DNA of 64,000 bases from an uncultured virus (IMG/VR IMGVR_UViG_3300048580_000163) (taxonomy: Duplodnaviria > Heunggongvirae > Uroviricota > Caudoviricetes). Made by a program: the position numbers and the translations under genes. The first letter of the stretch is position 1, and every line of letters starts with the position of its first letter. Shown piece by piece: positions 7,941 through 17,492 of the stretch. The notes below the pieces were generated by a model. That model worked only from the letters and a program-made list of their open reading frames with translations. It searched no databases and was not told the DNA's origin. The stretch spans positions 1-64,000 of the IMG/VR virus record IMGVR_UViG_3300048580_000163. One strand, 5' to 3'.

Positions 7941-7972
7941 AATTGTATAAGTTTTAAAGTTATTATTTTAAT

Positions 7973-8584
7973 TTAGTATATGTTTCCATCTTCTGTGAAT
8001 TCGTATTGATTTGATTCAAGTGACTCTAATATATACTCATCTGATGTTAGGTGAGTATATTCTTTTTCTAATGTACTATATAAATCAGCACACAAGTCCA
8101 CATATAACTCCTCTACAAAATTCTCGAAGTCATTTGAAAAACTTTCTATCCATTGATATAGTGGTCTATCCCAATTCAAGTCTCCGTTATCTACTTCCCA
8201 CCATATAGTATGATCACAACTTTTTTCGTGGTAGTAAAGTCCACGTTGTACCCCTTTACCAGATACTGATACGTTATTTCTAAGCCACCCTTTACGCATT
8301 GGTGATAAGTCAAGACCATCTATAAATATATCTTTAAGCCTATCTGAAATTGATGTGTATTTAAACATAGCTCCATCGCCTTGACTCCAAAAACCACTGA
8401 AGTATATTTTACCTATACCGAAATACTCATCGTTGCGTTCCTTGAAGTCTTCATATATAAAATCCCACCAATCAAAATTTACATTTGTATCTCTGTATTT
8501 CTCTATAACCTTCTCAAGTAATTCTTTGTCGTTCTTTATATCATCTATTGAATATACTTTTACTTCTTCTATTGCTGTTCTCAT
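7973..8584 (-). CDS. Acidic early protein
   Basis: 203 aa; FSGFWSQGDGA and acidic C-terminus. Confidence 0.7.
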   Translation of the reverse strand: MRTAIEEVKVYSIDDIKNDKELLEKVIEKYRDTNVNFDWWDFIYEDFKERNDEYFGIGKIYFSGFWSQGDGAMFKYTSISDRLKDIFIDGLDLSPMRKGWLRNNVSVSGKGVQRGLYYHEKSCDHTIWWEVDNGDLNWDRPLYQWIESFSNDFENFVEELYVDLCADLYSTLEKEYTHLTSDEYILESLESNQYEFTEDGNIY

Positions 8585-8596
8585 CTCTATAAGTTT

Positions 8597-9022
8597 TTAA
8601 ATTCTACCGTAATAAGTTTGTCCTTGATATTCTACCTCTGTGTAGTCAACCTTTACATTGTTTGCTGTTGCTTCCCAATCAATTTCTATCCACGAAGGGA
8701 AGTCTTTTGATATATAACCGCAGTCTTTTAGTAGGTCTTCTACATATTCCTCCCAATAGTCTTCTGAAACCAGAGTACAACCATAGTCAAACTCACTACC
8801 TATTGCATCTTCTATCTTGTTTATCTCCTCTATATGCTCCAATTCATCTTCCCAATCTTCTTTCCAGGATTGTATCTCTTCCTCTTCAAATAATATATCA
8901 TCGAAACACTCTGTTCTATCTTCGTAGTGTTCAAAGGTTTCCAAGAATGAATCTAAAATAGATTGTTTTAATTCGTCTCTCTTCTCTATTAGGTCTCTTG
9001 TGTCAATAATATCTTGTCTCAT
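8597..9022 (-). CDS. Highly acidic protein, ArdA-like anti-restriction candidate
   Basis: Very D/E-rich; C-terminal WIEIDWEATANNV resembles the ArdA YIDYEAIARDL end. Confidence 0.55.
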   Translation of the reverse strand: MRQDIIDTRDLIEKRDELKQSILDSFLETFEHYEDRTECFDDILFEEEEIQSWKEDWEDELEHIEEINKIEDAIGSEFDYGCTLVSEDYWEEYVEDLLKDCGYISKDFPSWIEIDWEATANNVKVDYTEVEYQGQTYYGRI

Positions 9023-9118
9023 AATTTTATAATTTTATATTTGTTTAATTTACCAACGTGTTTCTTTTGGGCAGTTAGCTGCCAGTTCTCTTAATGCTTT
9101 TAATAGTTTACTCATATC

Positions 9119-9316
9119 TTAGTCAAAGTTTATAAATATTTCTGATTCTTCTACCTCTGTGGTCATATCGTAGTTACATTTCTTACAGAACACACCATCT
9201 ACATAAGAGTTTTGATTCTTTGCGTGTATCATATTATCTTCTTCATCATAGTAGGCTTTCCAACTTAATGATTCAGTTATAATAAAGTCTTTGCTTTTAC
9301 ATTTTGGACATTCCAT
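9119..9316 (-). CDS. Zn-ribbon protein
   Basis: CPKC and CKKC. Confidence 0.65.
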   Translation of the reverse strand: MECPKCKSKDFIITESLSWKAYYDEEDNMIHAKNQNSYVDGVFCKKCNYDMTTEVEESEIFINFD

Positions 9317-9323
9317 ATCTACT

Positions 9324-9506
9324 TTAAAATTTAAAGACCACTTTATTATATAGCCTCTGATTCAACAATTCTTTTGCTTTGGTATATGATATACCTTCTT
9401 TATTCATGACGTCTGTAATGGCTTCTGAATATACTCTACGTTTGTGTTCTAAGTGTTCGACTACTTGCTGTACATTTACTCTGCCTGATTTGATTCGTTG
9501 TCTCAT
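9324..9506 (-). CDS. Hypothetical protein
   Basis: ORF track. Confidence 0.55.
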   Translation of the reverse strand: MRQRIKSGRVNVQQVVEHLEHKRRVYSEAITDVMNKEGISYTKAKELLNQRLYNKVVFKF

Positions 9507-9509
9507 ATC

Positions 9510-9749
9510 TTAATCAAAATTAAATTCTCTAATTACTTTTATACTCTTATCTGGACTTGTACTAATTAATTTAGTTACGTTATACCCTTGCGAGGTGTAG
9601 TTTCTGCGTGCAGTTTCACTTCCTCCAAGCCTTCTAAACCATTTTAAGGTATTTGCGTCTACAATATTATTGTATTGCTTTAAATCAATAGTTTTTACTT
9701 CTATTGTTTTAGTTCCGTTCTCTGTTCGGGTTTCAGTTAGTTGTATCAT
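9510..9749 (-). CDS. Hypothetical protein
   Basis: ORF track; WFRRLGGSE. Confidence 0.65.
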   Translation of the reverse strand: MIQLTETRTENGTKTIEVKTIDLKQYNNIVDANTLKWFRRLGGSETARRNYTSQGYNVTKLISTSPDKSIKVIREFNFD

Positions 9750-10375
9750 ATACTATTATTTTTTGATTCTAAATTCTTTATACATTAAGAAGCCTACAAC
9801 TAATAAGCAGGCTGTCATTATAATTTGGTTACTTGTGTGCATTCCTATAGATGCAATAATGATGAGTGTGATTGCTTTCATTTTAAAATATTTTATTATT
9901 GGTTAAACTTATTTTTACTTTGTTCCGTGTCTAAAACGAATTAGATTAAAAGTCTATTACTTCACGGATTTATATAAGTAAGGCTACTACAATTTAACGT
10001 AATAGCCTTATATATATTTTTATTATCATTTGCACATTAAGACCGCCTGCAATTAGCGGTTTGACTTCATATTATATGAAGCAACTGAATCGAATAGCAT
10101 CAATACTATTTTCATTTTAAACGCCACAAATATATAAAATACGTGATTTTGTGAAGGCATCATATACGCCGCCGTACATGTGTTATACCTAGTCAAACTA
10201 CACTTTTAAAAAATGTAATTAAGTCAATACAATATTTCAAAGTACAATATTAATACCATCTTAAAATAAAGATATAATGTATTAATACAAAGGAATAACA
10301 AAATAGTATTCCTATATTTGAGAGGTTAACGGTTTCGCTCCGTTTTAATATTTCAAAAAACCTCTTCTTAAATCA

Positions 10376-10777
10376 CTATTTTAAAGTAACTTTTAAAAAT
10401 TTGTTGAATGCTAAACCAACGCTATAAACGGTAAAACGTTGTTTATCTATACATTTTTTATTTATGTACTCTAAAATGGTATTAAATTCTAAACCCTTAC
10501 TAATTACGTTAACATCAATACTTTTGTACTGGCTGTCGTTTGGTATTTGTTTTTTAAAGCGGTTTAATGCTCCCGATAAACTAAAATTTTCTTGTTTATC
10601 TAAATTGTTAACGTTTAATAAAGAAGAATGAAACGAAACTTTTTTAGTTTTTTCCTTTACTACTTTTACTTTTATATCTTTTAATAAGTTTACATTTGAA
10701 ACGATTAAATTTTCGGTTCTTGAATTAGCTTTTTTAGTTGCTACTTTTGTCCTGTTGTTTTTTACTGTTGCTTTCAT
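10376..10777 (-). CDS. Basic first gene of the early arm
   Basis: Lys-rich ORF directly downstream of tandem promoters. Confidence 0.65.
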   Translation of the reverse strand: MKATVKNNRTKVATKKANSRTENLIVSNVNLLKDIKVKVVKEKTKKVSFHSSLLNVNNLDKQENFSLSGALNRFKKQIPNDSQYKSIDVNVISKGLEFNTILEYINKKCIDKQRFTVYSVGLAFNKFLKVTLK

Positions 10778-10831
10778 AATTGATAAATTTTAAATTGTTA
10801 TACTTTTTTTAGTTGTTTTAATTTGATGATG

Positions 10832-10983
10832 TAAAGATATATAAAGTTTTTTAATTTACAATAACTTTAACATAATTTTAACATATTGTATAAATTACTT
10901 CTTTACTTCATTATTACATTGCAAATATAGATATTTAGTTTTAGATAACAATTACTTTAACAAAACTTTAACACTTTTTAACT
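10832..10983 (-). promoter_or_regulatory. Tandem early promoters with TTAACA direct repeats
   Basis: TATCTTTA at 10832-10839 and TATATTTG at 10922-10929 (minus); TTAACA at 10867, 10878, 10957, 10968. Confidence 0.65.
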
Positions 10984-11499
10984 TGATTATTATTAAAACC
11001 TTTGATTTTCAGGTACTTACATTTTATGCAATTTTAAGATTTTATAATTTAATTATATATTAACTTTTAGAATAGTTGTAATTTAGATTAAAATTAGTTT
11101 AGTGATTTGAGTTAGTTGCACCGACAAACGACCCATAAACAACAAAAAAATAAAACCTTTGTACCTTGGATTCAAAAAATGGAACTATAAAACAACAATT
11201 AAAATACATGTAATGTTATTGCGTTAAATAAGTAGTCTAAAAAATACCATCTAATTAATACAGCCTAAAAAGGTAAAAACTTTGAAGGAAATATTTTGAA
11301 AGGAGACCCCCGTACCGAATGAGGAAGAGTTTTGGTGGGGAGGGGTGTGATCGTTGGGCGGGGTTATAATCCCAACAACAGACCATACTAACTAAAACAT
11401 ACAAGATACACCTTAGCCATTGATATAGGTTATATTATAGAACGATTAAGTGGTATGTTGTATACTTATACAAGGGTGTAATTGCATTGTATATTTTTG

Positions 11500-11507
11500 T
11501 ATATTTG
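11500..11507 (+). promoter_or_regulatory. Bacteroidota -7 promoter element
   Basis: TATATTTG upstream of ATG 11529. Confidence 0.55.
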
Positions 11508-11528
11508 TGTATTAAAATAAAGTATATA

Positions 11529-12440
11529 ATGGAATTAATTGATAGGTTAAGTGAATGTTTGGTATCTAACAAATTAATACTTACAAGTAGTGAGATAGAT
11601 TTAGATGAGGCAGAAAGAATAGGAACAGAAGTTTATAGTAGTAATGGAACATTAGCAGGGTATTACATAGATGATGGATATTACAACTATAGTGCATACT
11701 GCAATGTATCGAGAGGTAACTTTGCTAATGCATTTAGGGTTGCTTCTGTTGTGGCATTTTTGAATATAGATAAATCAGATGAGGTTTTATTTGAGTATAT
11801 GGACCTTGTATGTAAAACTTATTTTGATACCGATTCTTTTCATATTGATAGAAATATAATTCTAAAGAACATAAAGAAAGTAAAGAGTGGTTTATATGAA
11901 GTAAGACCAATAATAAAAAAATACTTTTGGGTAAGACCATACACTAATATTGGCGGTGAAGATAAAGTTATAGAGGGTGTATTGTATGAGGGTAAAAGAA
12001 AGCTTGTTATGAATCAATATAATAAAAGTAAAAGAATACAAACATTGAATAAAATAGAGAATGCTGTAAATCTATTAATAGAGGAAGGTAATAAAGGGAA
12101 TACATTCTTAACTATATCCGACATAGAGGAATTAAGTGGTATACCAAAGAAAACAATAAGTAATGTATATGCATTATTTAAGAATGATATAGATAAATAT
12201 AATACTGATGTATTCAAGACAAGTATATATGCTGAATTCGTAAAGATGTCTAATGTATTTACCATAAGCTCATCTATAGTAAAATTCAAAGAAGAAATGG
12301 AAACAAGGCTTACAAAGAGAAAGGTAGCTGGAAAGTCTAATCTACATATAAATACAGTATATAATTTATGGTTAGAAGACGAGGTACAAGATTCTTTAGA
12401 TGAGTATAATAATTGGTTAAGAGAATTTAAAAACAAATAA
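11529..12440 (+). CDS. Hypothetical protein with two HTH-like segments
   Basis: LTISDIEELSGIPKKTI and LTKRKVAGKSNLHINTV; ATG 11529 preferred to 11487. Confidence 0.7.
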   Translation: MELIDRLSECLVSNKLILTSSEIDLDEAERIGTEVYSSNGTLAGYYIDDGYYNYSAYCNVSRGNFANAFRVASVVAFLNIDKSDEVLFEYMDLVCKTYFDTDSFHIDRNIILKNIKKVKSGLYEVRPIIKKYFWVRPYTNIGGEDKVIEGVLYEGKRKLVMNQYNKSKRIQTLNKIENAVNLLIEEGNKGNTFLTISDIEELSGIPKKTISNVYALFKNDIDKYNTDVFKTSIYAEFVKMSNVFTISSSIVKFKEEMETRLTKRKVAGKSNLHINTVYNLWLEDEVQDSLDEYNNWLREFKNK

Positions 12441-12443
12441 GAT

Positions 12444-12764
12444 ATGAAGAAGAAAACAATTAAAATCCCAATCTACCAAGCTTCATTAACTATAATCTAC
12501 GACAAAGACCTATCGTACTTCTCAAAGAAATACAAGACAAGAGAATTAAAAGATTACGGAGCTGTCACAACAAGGATTAGTCACGGAGAATATGTTGTGG
12601 CATTTGAATACAACGAAGGTAGTATAATAGCTCACGAGGTTGTGCATATAGTTAATTACATATTTGAGGATTGCGGAATACAACTAGATAGAGTTAATGA
12701 TGAACCACAAGCTTACATTACAGGGTGGTTGTTTAGAGAAATAGAGAAAGTAATAAATGAATAA
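12444..12764 (+). CDS. HExxH zinc-peptidase-like protein
   Basis: IIAHEVVH...DEPQAY. Confidence 0.65.
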   Translation: MKKKTIKIPIYQASLTIIYDKDLSYFSKKYKTRELKDYGAVTTRISHGEYVVAFEYNEGSIIAHEVVHIVNYIFEDCGIQLDRVNDEPQAYITGWLFREIEKVINE

Positions 12765-12767
12765 GAT

Positions 12768-12980
12768 ATGAAAGAGCAATACATTCAAATGAGAAATACC
12801 AATCAATTCGATATAGGTTGGTTTTATAGATACTACAAAGAGAACGGAGGTTCAGTTGACTTCAATGTATTTCAAATGGTATTTCAATTAAATGAGATGG
12901 TACTTAGTGGTTTAGATAAGAAGTTTGAGCTAACTACATTACACGATAAGAATGGAAACTTTATAAAGGTGGTTGAATAA
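12768..12980 (+). CDS. Hypothetical protein
   Basis: ORF track. Confidence 0.6.
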   Translation: MKEQYIQMRNTNQFDIGWFYRYYKENGGSVDFNVFQMVFQLNEMVLSGLDKKFELTTLHDKNGNFIKVVE

Positions 12981-12984
12981 TTTG

Positions 12985-12992
12985 TATCTTTG
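12985..12992 (+). promoter_or_regulatory. Bacteroidota -7 promoter element
   Basis: TATCTTTG followed by CA. Confidence 0.7.
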
Positions 12993-13020
12993 CAAATCAA
13001 AAATAAAAACATTCTACGAT

Positions 13021-13155
13021 ATGAAAAAAATGATTAAAGAATACGGAGGAAAAGAAAAATACACTTCTAAAACAGCTAAGGCTAAGCACGAGAAAAAAGA
13101 AGGTAAAGCTTTCGAGAAGAAAGAAAAAATGGGTACTGCGTTTAAGAAAAAATAG
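13021..13155 (+). CDS. Small very basic protein
   Basis: MKKMIKEYGGKEKY...; ATG follows the promoter. Confidence 0.65.
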   Translation: MKKMIKEYGGKEKYTSKTAKAKHEKKEGKAFEKKEKMGTAFKKK

Positions 13156-13158
13156 ATT

Positions 13159-13803
13159 ATGTCTATAGATACAAATACAAGATTCTTAGGTGTAGATTCC
13201 TCTAAGGTTGATTTAAGCGAGAAGAAGGATAGGGTTAATAACGCTAAAACAGAATATTACTCACTACAAGATATTTATGGTTATATAAATCCATTAGTAG
13301 GTTTATTCTCTCAAACAACAAGTAGCACTCCAATAGCAAATACAGCTACAGAGGGTAGTTTAATTGGTAGTGGTGTTGGATCATTATCTGTTCCTGCAAA
13401 TGCATTTAAGGTTGGTGATTCATATCACGCAAAGTTAATTGGTCATATATCTTGTAATTCAGCTGCTACATTAAAATTAAATATTAAGGCAGGCTCTGTA
13501 ATACTTGCTGATACAGGTATAATAGATTTAGATACCATAAGTAATAGGCATTGGGAAATCAATGTTTACTTTACAATTAGGGCGATTGGTAGTGCAGGTA
13601 CAGCATCTATTGCTTCTGGTGGTATTTTCTCATACACAAAGAACTCTGGATTAAATTTTGAAGGAACTAACTTTAGTATTGTTAATGATGACACATTTGA
13701 TACAACAGTTAGTAATGCATTGAATGTAACTGCTCAATGGGGTTCAGCAAATGCGGCAGACTCAATTTATTCAGAGATATTTACATTAAGTAAAACATTT
13801 TAA
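13159..13803 (+). CDS. Virion decoration/fibre protein, FLGVD family 1
   Basis: Shared N-terminal RFLGVD..DL.EKK...EYY.L.D; S/T/G-rich. Confidence 0.65.
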   Translation: MSIDTNTRFLGVDSSKVDLSEKKDRVNNAKTEYYSLQDIYGYINPLVGLFSQTTSSTPIANTATEGSLIGSGVGSLSVPANAFKVGDSYHAKLIGHISCNSAATLKLNIKAGSVILADTGIIDLDTISNRHWEINVYFTIRAIGSAGTASIASGGIFSYTKNSGLNFEGTNFSIVNDDTFDTTVSNALNVTAQWGSANAADSIYSEIFTLSKTF

Positions 13804-13817
13804 AAAAAATATAACAA

Positions 13818-14792
13818 ATGGCAACAATTCCAAGTGGAACAAAATTTTTAGGTGTAGACCCTACGTTTACAGACCTAACAGAAAAGAAAGGAAGTAAGGT
13901 AGATAGAAAATCAGAATACTTTACATTAGAGGATATTACAGATGCAGTTGGTACAGGTTCTCAAGGACCAGAAGGACCAGAAGGACCAGCAGGACCTCCA
14001 GGACCAGTAGGACCAGCAGGATTAGAATGGAGAGGAGCTTGGAATACAAATACATCATACGCAGTAGACGATGCAGTTGGTTTTAATGGATCTTCTTGGT
14101 TCTGTATTTCGGCAGTTACAGGTACAGGAAACTCTAACCCAGAAATAGCTACAACAAAATGGGCTTTATTAGCTTCTCAAGGAGCGCAAGGTATTCAAGG
14201 TATTCAAGGACCAATTGGACCTCAAGGAGCTTCTGGTTCAATCGTTAGTACCATAGGTGCAGTAGGAACTAGTTCTTCAACTCCTTACAATGTTTTAGAA
14301 TATGATATAAATACAGTTTCTGGAAGTCCTGGAGGATATGTTAGATTACCTTCAAACCCAGTAATTGGAAAGATTATAACTGTTACTTCAAATGGATTAA
14401 GTCCTTTAAACATTAAAGCTTATGACAATGGAACTACTATAAGTTTTAATCAGTCAAATAGCTATCAATCTACATATCAACTAGATTCATACGATACTGT
14501 TAAGTTTATATACAGGGGTTCTGATTATTGGATGGCAGAAATTATTTCAGGAACAAATATTACTTACAATGGTAAAAAGGTAGGAGCTGGTTTTGGATAT
14601 ACAATTACAGATTCTATTTCTAATCCGACACTTGTAGCTTTAAGCGCTAGTGATTTGAATACAACGTACCCTAACTCTCAATATCCAGTAGGTACAAAAA
14701 TAATGTGCTTTAATATATCTGGAGGTGGTATAATGTACATAAAGAGAGCAACAACAGCTTGGATATCAATGCCAATAACCACAGTTTCGTAA
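13818..14792 (+). CDS. Collagen-containing fibre protein, FLGVD family 2
   Basis: Gly-X-Y repeats; WRGAWN..Y..DDAV module. Confidence 0.75.
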   Translation: MATIPSGTKFLGVDPTFTDLTEKKGSKVDRKSEYFTLEDITDAVGTGSQGPEGPEGPAGPPGPVGPAGLEWRGAWNTNTSYAVDDAVGFNGSSWFCISAVTGTGNSNPEIATTKWALLASQGAQGIQGIQGPIGPQGASGSIVSTIGAVGTSSSTPYNVLEYDINTVSGSPGGYVRLPSNPVIGKIITVTSNGLSPLNIKAYDNGTTISFNQSNSYQSTYQLDSYDTVKFIYRGSDYWMAEIISGTNITYNGKKVGAGFGYTITDSISNPTLVALSASDLNTTYPNSQYPVGTKIMCFNISGGGIMYIKRATTAWISMPITTVS

Positions 14793-14814
14793 TAATTAAT
14801 AAATAAGATAAAAA

Positions 14815-15105
14815 ATGTCAAGCACAATTAAATTTTTAGGTGTAGATTCAACATTAGTTGATCTTACAGAAAGAAAAGATTCAGTTAACAATAGTAAGAC
14901 TGAATATTATTCTTTAAATGATTTACAAGCATTAGTAGTTAACACAACTACATCTGCATTATCATTAGCAACATTAAACTCAACTTACGCAACAAATCCT
15001 ATTGGAACAAGAGTTGTATGTAGAAGTATTTCTGCTGGCGGTTTAGTTTACACAAAAACAGCAGCTACTGCTTGGGTAAGTCAAAGCGTTACTGCGGTAT
15101 CTTAG
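14815..15105 (+). CDS. Short decoration protein, FLGVD family 3
   Basis: Shared N- and C-terminal modules. Confidence 0.65.
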   Translation: MSSTIKFLGVDSTLVDLTERKDSVNNSKTEYYSLNDLQALVVNTTTSALSLATLNSTYATNPIGTRVVCRSISAGGLVYTKTAATAWVSQSVTAVS

Positions 15106-15132
15106 GTTAAATTACTTAATCAGATTACAATT

Positions 15133-15164
15133 AAAAGACCATTCATTTTGTTTGGTCTTTTTTT
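15133..15164 (+). terminator. Intrinsic terminator
   Basis: AAAAGACCA/TGGTCTTTT plus T-run. Confidence 0.7.
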
Positions 15165-15190
15165 ATTACTTTTGTGAAAAGATTTAACTT

Positions 15191-15517
15191 ATGATTGAAA
15201 GATTTATAGAGGATTTTAACTCACAGATAAAGAGACCAAATGTATTTTTATTCTCATTACTATTAGCAAATAAATTCAAGGGAGAAATATTGGTTAATTT
15301 TCAATCTGATGATTCTATGCCTGACGTAGTGGTCTTGATAGGAACAGATTTCTACGATATGTTTGGCAAAATAGACGATAACATAATTAATGTTGATGAT
15401 TATACAATTTTAGATAGACTTAATCTATTATATAATGCGAGATTTTATAATTATGCAAAATGGTCGTTTGTGTACGAAGAGAATGACGATGAAATGTACT
15501 TTAATGATGTAAATTAG
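15191..15517 (+). CDS. Hypothetical protein
   Basis: ORF after TACTTTTG at 15167. Confidence 0.6.
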   Translation: MIERFIEDFNSQIKRPNVFLFSLLLANKFKGEILVNFQSDDSMPDVVVLIGTDFYDMFGKIDDNIINVDDYTILDRLNLLYNARFYNYAKWSFVYEENDDEMYFNDVN

Positions 15518-15519
15518 AT

Positions 15520-15873
15520 ATGGTAGATAATAACAACATAACAGTAAGTTTTGATTTTGACGCAACATTGTCATTACCGTCAGTACAAGAATACGCTAAG
15601 GAGTTAATTGAAGTCGGATATAATATAATTGTAACCACAACAAGACATAGCAAATATCTTAATCAAGACTTAATAAAGGTAACTGATAAACTTGGTATAA
15701 ACAAAATTGTTTACACTGATGGAGACAAGAAACAGCATTATATGGAAGGTGTAGATATACACTTTGATAATGATGAAACAGAGCTAAGAGAAATAAGTAG
15801 AAGTACATACACAGAAGTAATTAACGTAACAGACAATCAATGGAAAGCAACAGCCCAGAATTTACTGCAATAA
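15520..15873 (+). CDS. HAD-superfamily phosphatase-like protein
   Basis: SFDFDATL, VTTTR, K, HFDND. Confidence 0.75.
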   Translation: MVDNNNITVSFDFDATLSLPSVQEYAKELIEVGYNIIVTTTRHSKYLNQDLIKVTDKLGINKIVYTDGDKKQHYMEGVDIHFDNDETELREISRSTYTEVINVTDNQWKATAQNLLQ

Positions 15874-16235
15874 ATGTAGAATTATTTAATCGAGTAGATA
15901 ACTTTATAGATGAAGACAATAACTTCGAATTAGCAAGAATGATTTATGATTCAATAGACCAACTACACAACACAAACAAAGATGATTATATGTCAACTTC
16001 AATACCAATATCAATTATAGCCTCTATTGTGTGTAATCAAGAAGAGGATATTATATACGACAGGAGAGGTGATGTATTGTTAGAATCAAACTCAATTGTA
16101 TTCTCTGATGAGTTAGATGACTTGGTGTATGAAGGAAGACTTGATGAGGCAGAACAACTAATTGAAGATGAATTAATTACAAGAGAAAGATACGAATTAT
16201 TAAACGAAATGAAGAAATATGAAAGAAACTGCTAA
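15840..16235 (+). CDS. Acidic hypothetical protein
   Basis: ORF track. Confidence 0.55.
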   Translation: MESNSPEFTAINVELFNRVDNFIDEDNNFELARMIYDSIDQLHNTNKDDYMSTSIPISIIASIVCNQEEDIIYDRRGDVLLESNSIVFSDELDDLVYEGRLDEAEQLIEDELITRERYELLNEMKKYERNC

Positions 16236-16488
16236 GTACTATAAAGACAATCCGAAGGCTAAAGCAAAGAAAGATGCGTACCAAAAGGAGTACAACAAAA
16301 AACCTGAACAAGTTAAGAAGAGGGTTGAATTGAATAAGGTTAATCGAGATAGAGGAACTTATGGAAATGGAGATGGTCTTGATATGGCACACACTAAGAA
16401 TGGTATTGTAAAGAAGAATGCTTCTGTTAATCGGGGAAGTAAAAAAGATGCACCAGGCGATGTCAGAGCAAGAGGTAAAAAGAAATAG
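16219..16488 (+). CDS. Basic protein, degenerate HNH-like
   Basis: GDGLDMAH...SVNRG. Confidence 0.55.
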   Translation: MKETAKYYKDNPKAKAKKDAYQKEYNKKPEQVKKRVELNKVNRDRGTYGNGDGLDMAHTKNGIVKKNASVNRGSKKDAPGDVRARGKKK

Positions 16489-16491
16489 TTT

Positions 16492-17184
16492 ATGAGCGAT
16501 TTTAAGGACTTTTTAGAGCAGAATGAAAAAACACTCAAGGAAGAGAAAGTCTTGTCTGAAATCAATAGTTTCTTAATAAAACCAATTGCGGATAGTACTA
16601 TACATAAAGCAAAGAAGTATAGACCAATGAAGCGGAAGTATGAGAGGTCAAAAAAAAGACCACTCAAGAAGAAGGTTGTAAAGGTTATATCTTGCAATAG
16701 AGAGTTTGACTTTATGAAGTTTTATGGTATCGTAAAGAGATGGGCTTCCGTAATGTATGATCTAACTATTGATGAAATAGAGATGCTTATGTACTTTTAT
16801 TCAGAACCACTATTCTCAAAGAAGGAGTTTGATGTATACAACTCTGCAATGCTTCAAAAGAATAAGAGTATAAAGAGGTTTATTGATTTAGGATTGATAG
16901 AGGCTCTTCCTGGTAATACAATGATTAAGGTTGCAGGAAATAGATTGTACAGATTAACCATAAAGGCAAATAGAAGGGTTTCTAGCATATACAAGAAACT
17001 AACTATGCAAGAAGAGCTTAGTGAATACTCATCAAGTAATAAATTCTTTAATAGCTACGAAACAAGTTACAAGGATAAGAGGATTGCAAAACTTATGGTT
17101 GAGTATAACAAGAAGAGGAATGAAATTTTAAATGGTGGTTTAGGAAATCACTTAGAGGATGAAATAATAAGAGAGGGCGATTAA
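16492..17184 (+). CDS. Winged-helix-like regulator candidate
   Basis: YDLTIDEIEMLMY...LYRLTIKA. Confidence 0.5.
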   Translation: MSDFKDFLEQNEKTLKEEKVLSEINSFLIKPIADSTIHKAKKYRPMKRKYERSKKRPLKKKVVKVISCNREFDFMKFYGIVKRWASVMYDLTIDEIEMLMYFYSEPLFSKKEFDVYNSAMLQKNKSIKRFIDLGLIEALPGNTMIKVAGNRLYRLTIKANRRVSSIYKKLTMQEELSEYSSSNKFFNSYETSYKDKRIAKLMVEYNKKRNEILNGGLGNHLEDEIIREGD

Positions 17185-17197
17185 ACCCTCTCTTTCT
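17169..17197. terminator. Terminator between convergent genes
   Basis: AAGAGAGGG/CCCTCTCTT. Confidence 0.65.
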
Positions 17198-17205
17198 TAT
17201 TCGTT

Positions 17206-17448
17206 CTATTTAAAAGTTAGAGCCTTGACTACATTCATTTGAGCATTCAATATTTCACCTATTGCTTTATCTATTAATAGTTGTTTTAGAGATGCTTGAT
17301 GTTCGGGCTGTGTATTCTGAAATAATAAATCAGCTAGCTCAGCACAAAGCTCTTTTGCTTTTTGAACTCTTTCGTCTCCAGAAGAATTAAACGTCAATCC
17401 TACCAGCCTTTCTCCGAATGTCATTTCTCCTAAATCGGTATCCTGCAT
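17206..17448 (-). CDS. Putative Acb2/Tad1-like sponge, copy 2
   Basis: TFGERLVGLTFN...AIGEILNAQMNVVKALT. Confidence 0.55.
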   Translation of the reverse strand: MQDTDLGEMTFGERLVGLTFNSSGDERVQKAKELCAELADLLFQNTQPEHQASLKQLLIDKAIGEILNAQMNVVKALTFK

Positions 17449-17456
17449 TTTATTTT

Positions 17457-17487
17457 TAGCAATTATCCTTGCAATCGGGTTTTAATT
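17457..17487 (-). promoter_or_regulatory. Conserved 31-nt leader motif, copy 2
   Basis: AATTAAAACCCGATTGCAAGGATAATTGCTA, 8 nt before ATG. Confidence 0.7.
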
Positions 17488-17492
17488 AAAAT

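Noticed and set aside
13965..14020. GGACCAG tandem repeat as DNA element
   Set aside because: Explained by collagen Gly-Pro-X codons.
17449..17490. SAM-II riboswitch resemblance (ATTGCAAG...GCTAAAAA)
   Set aside because: No P1 stem or pseudoknot partner, and copy 1 lacks these bases.
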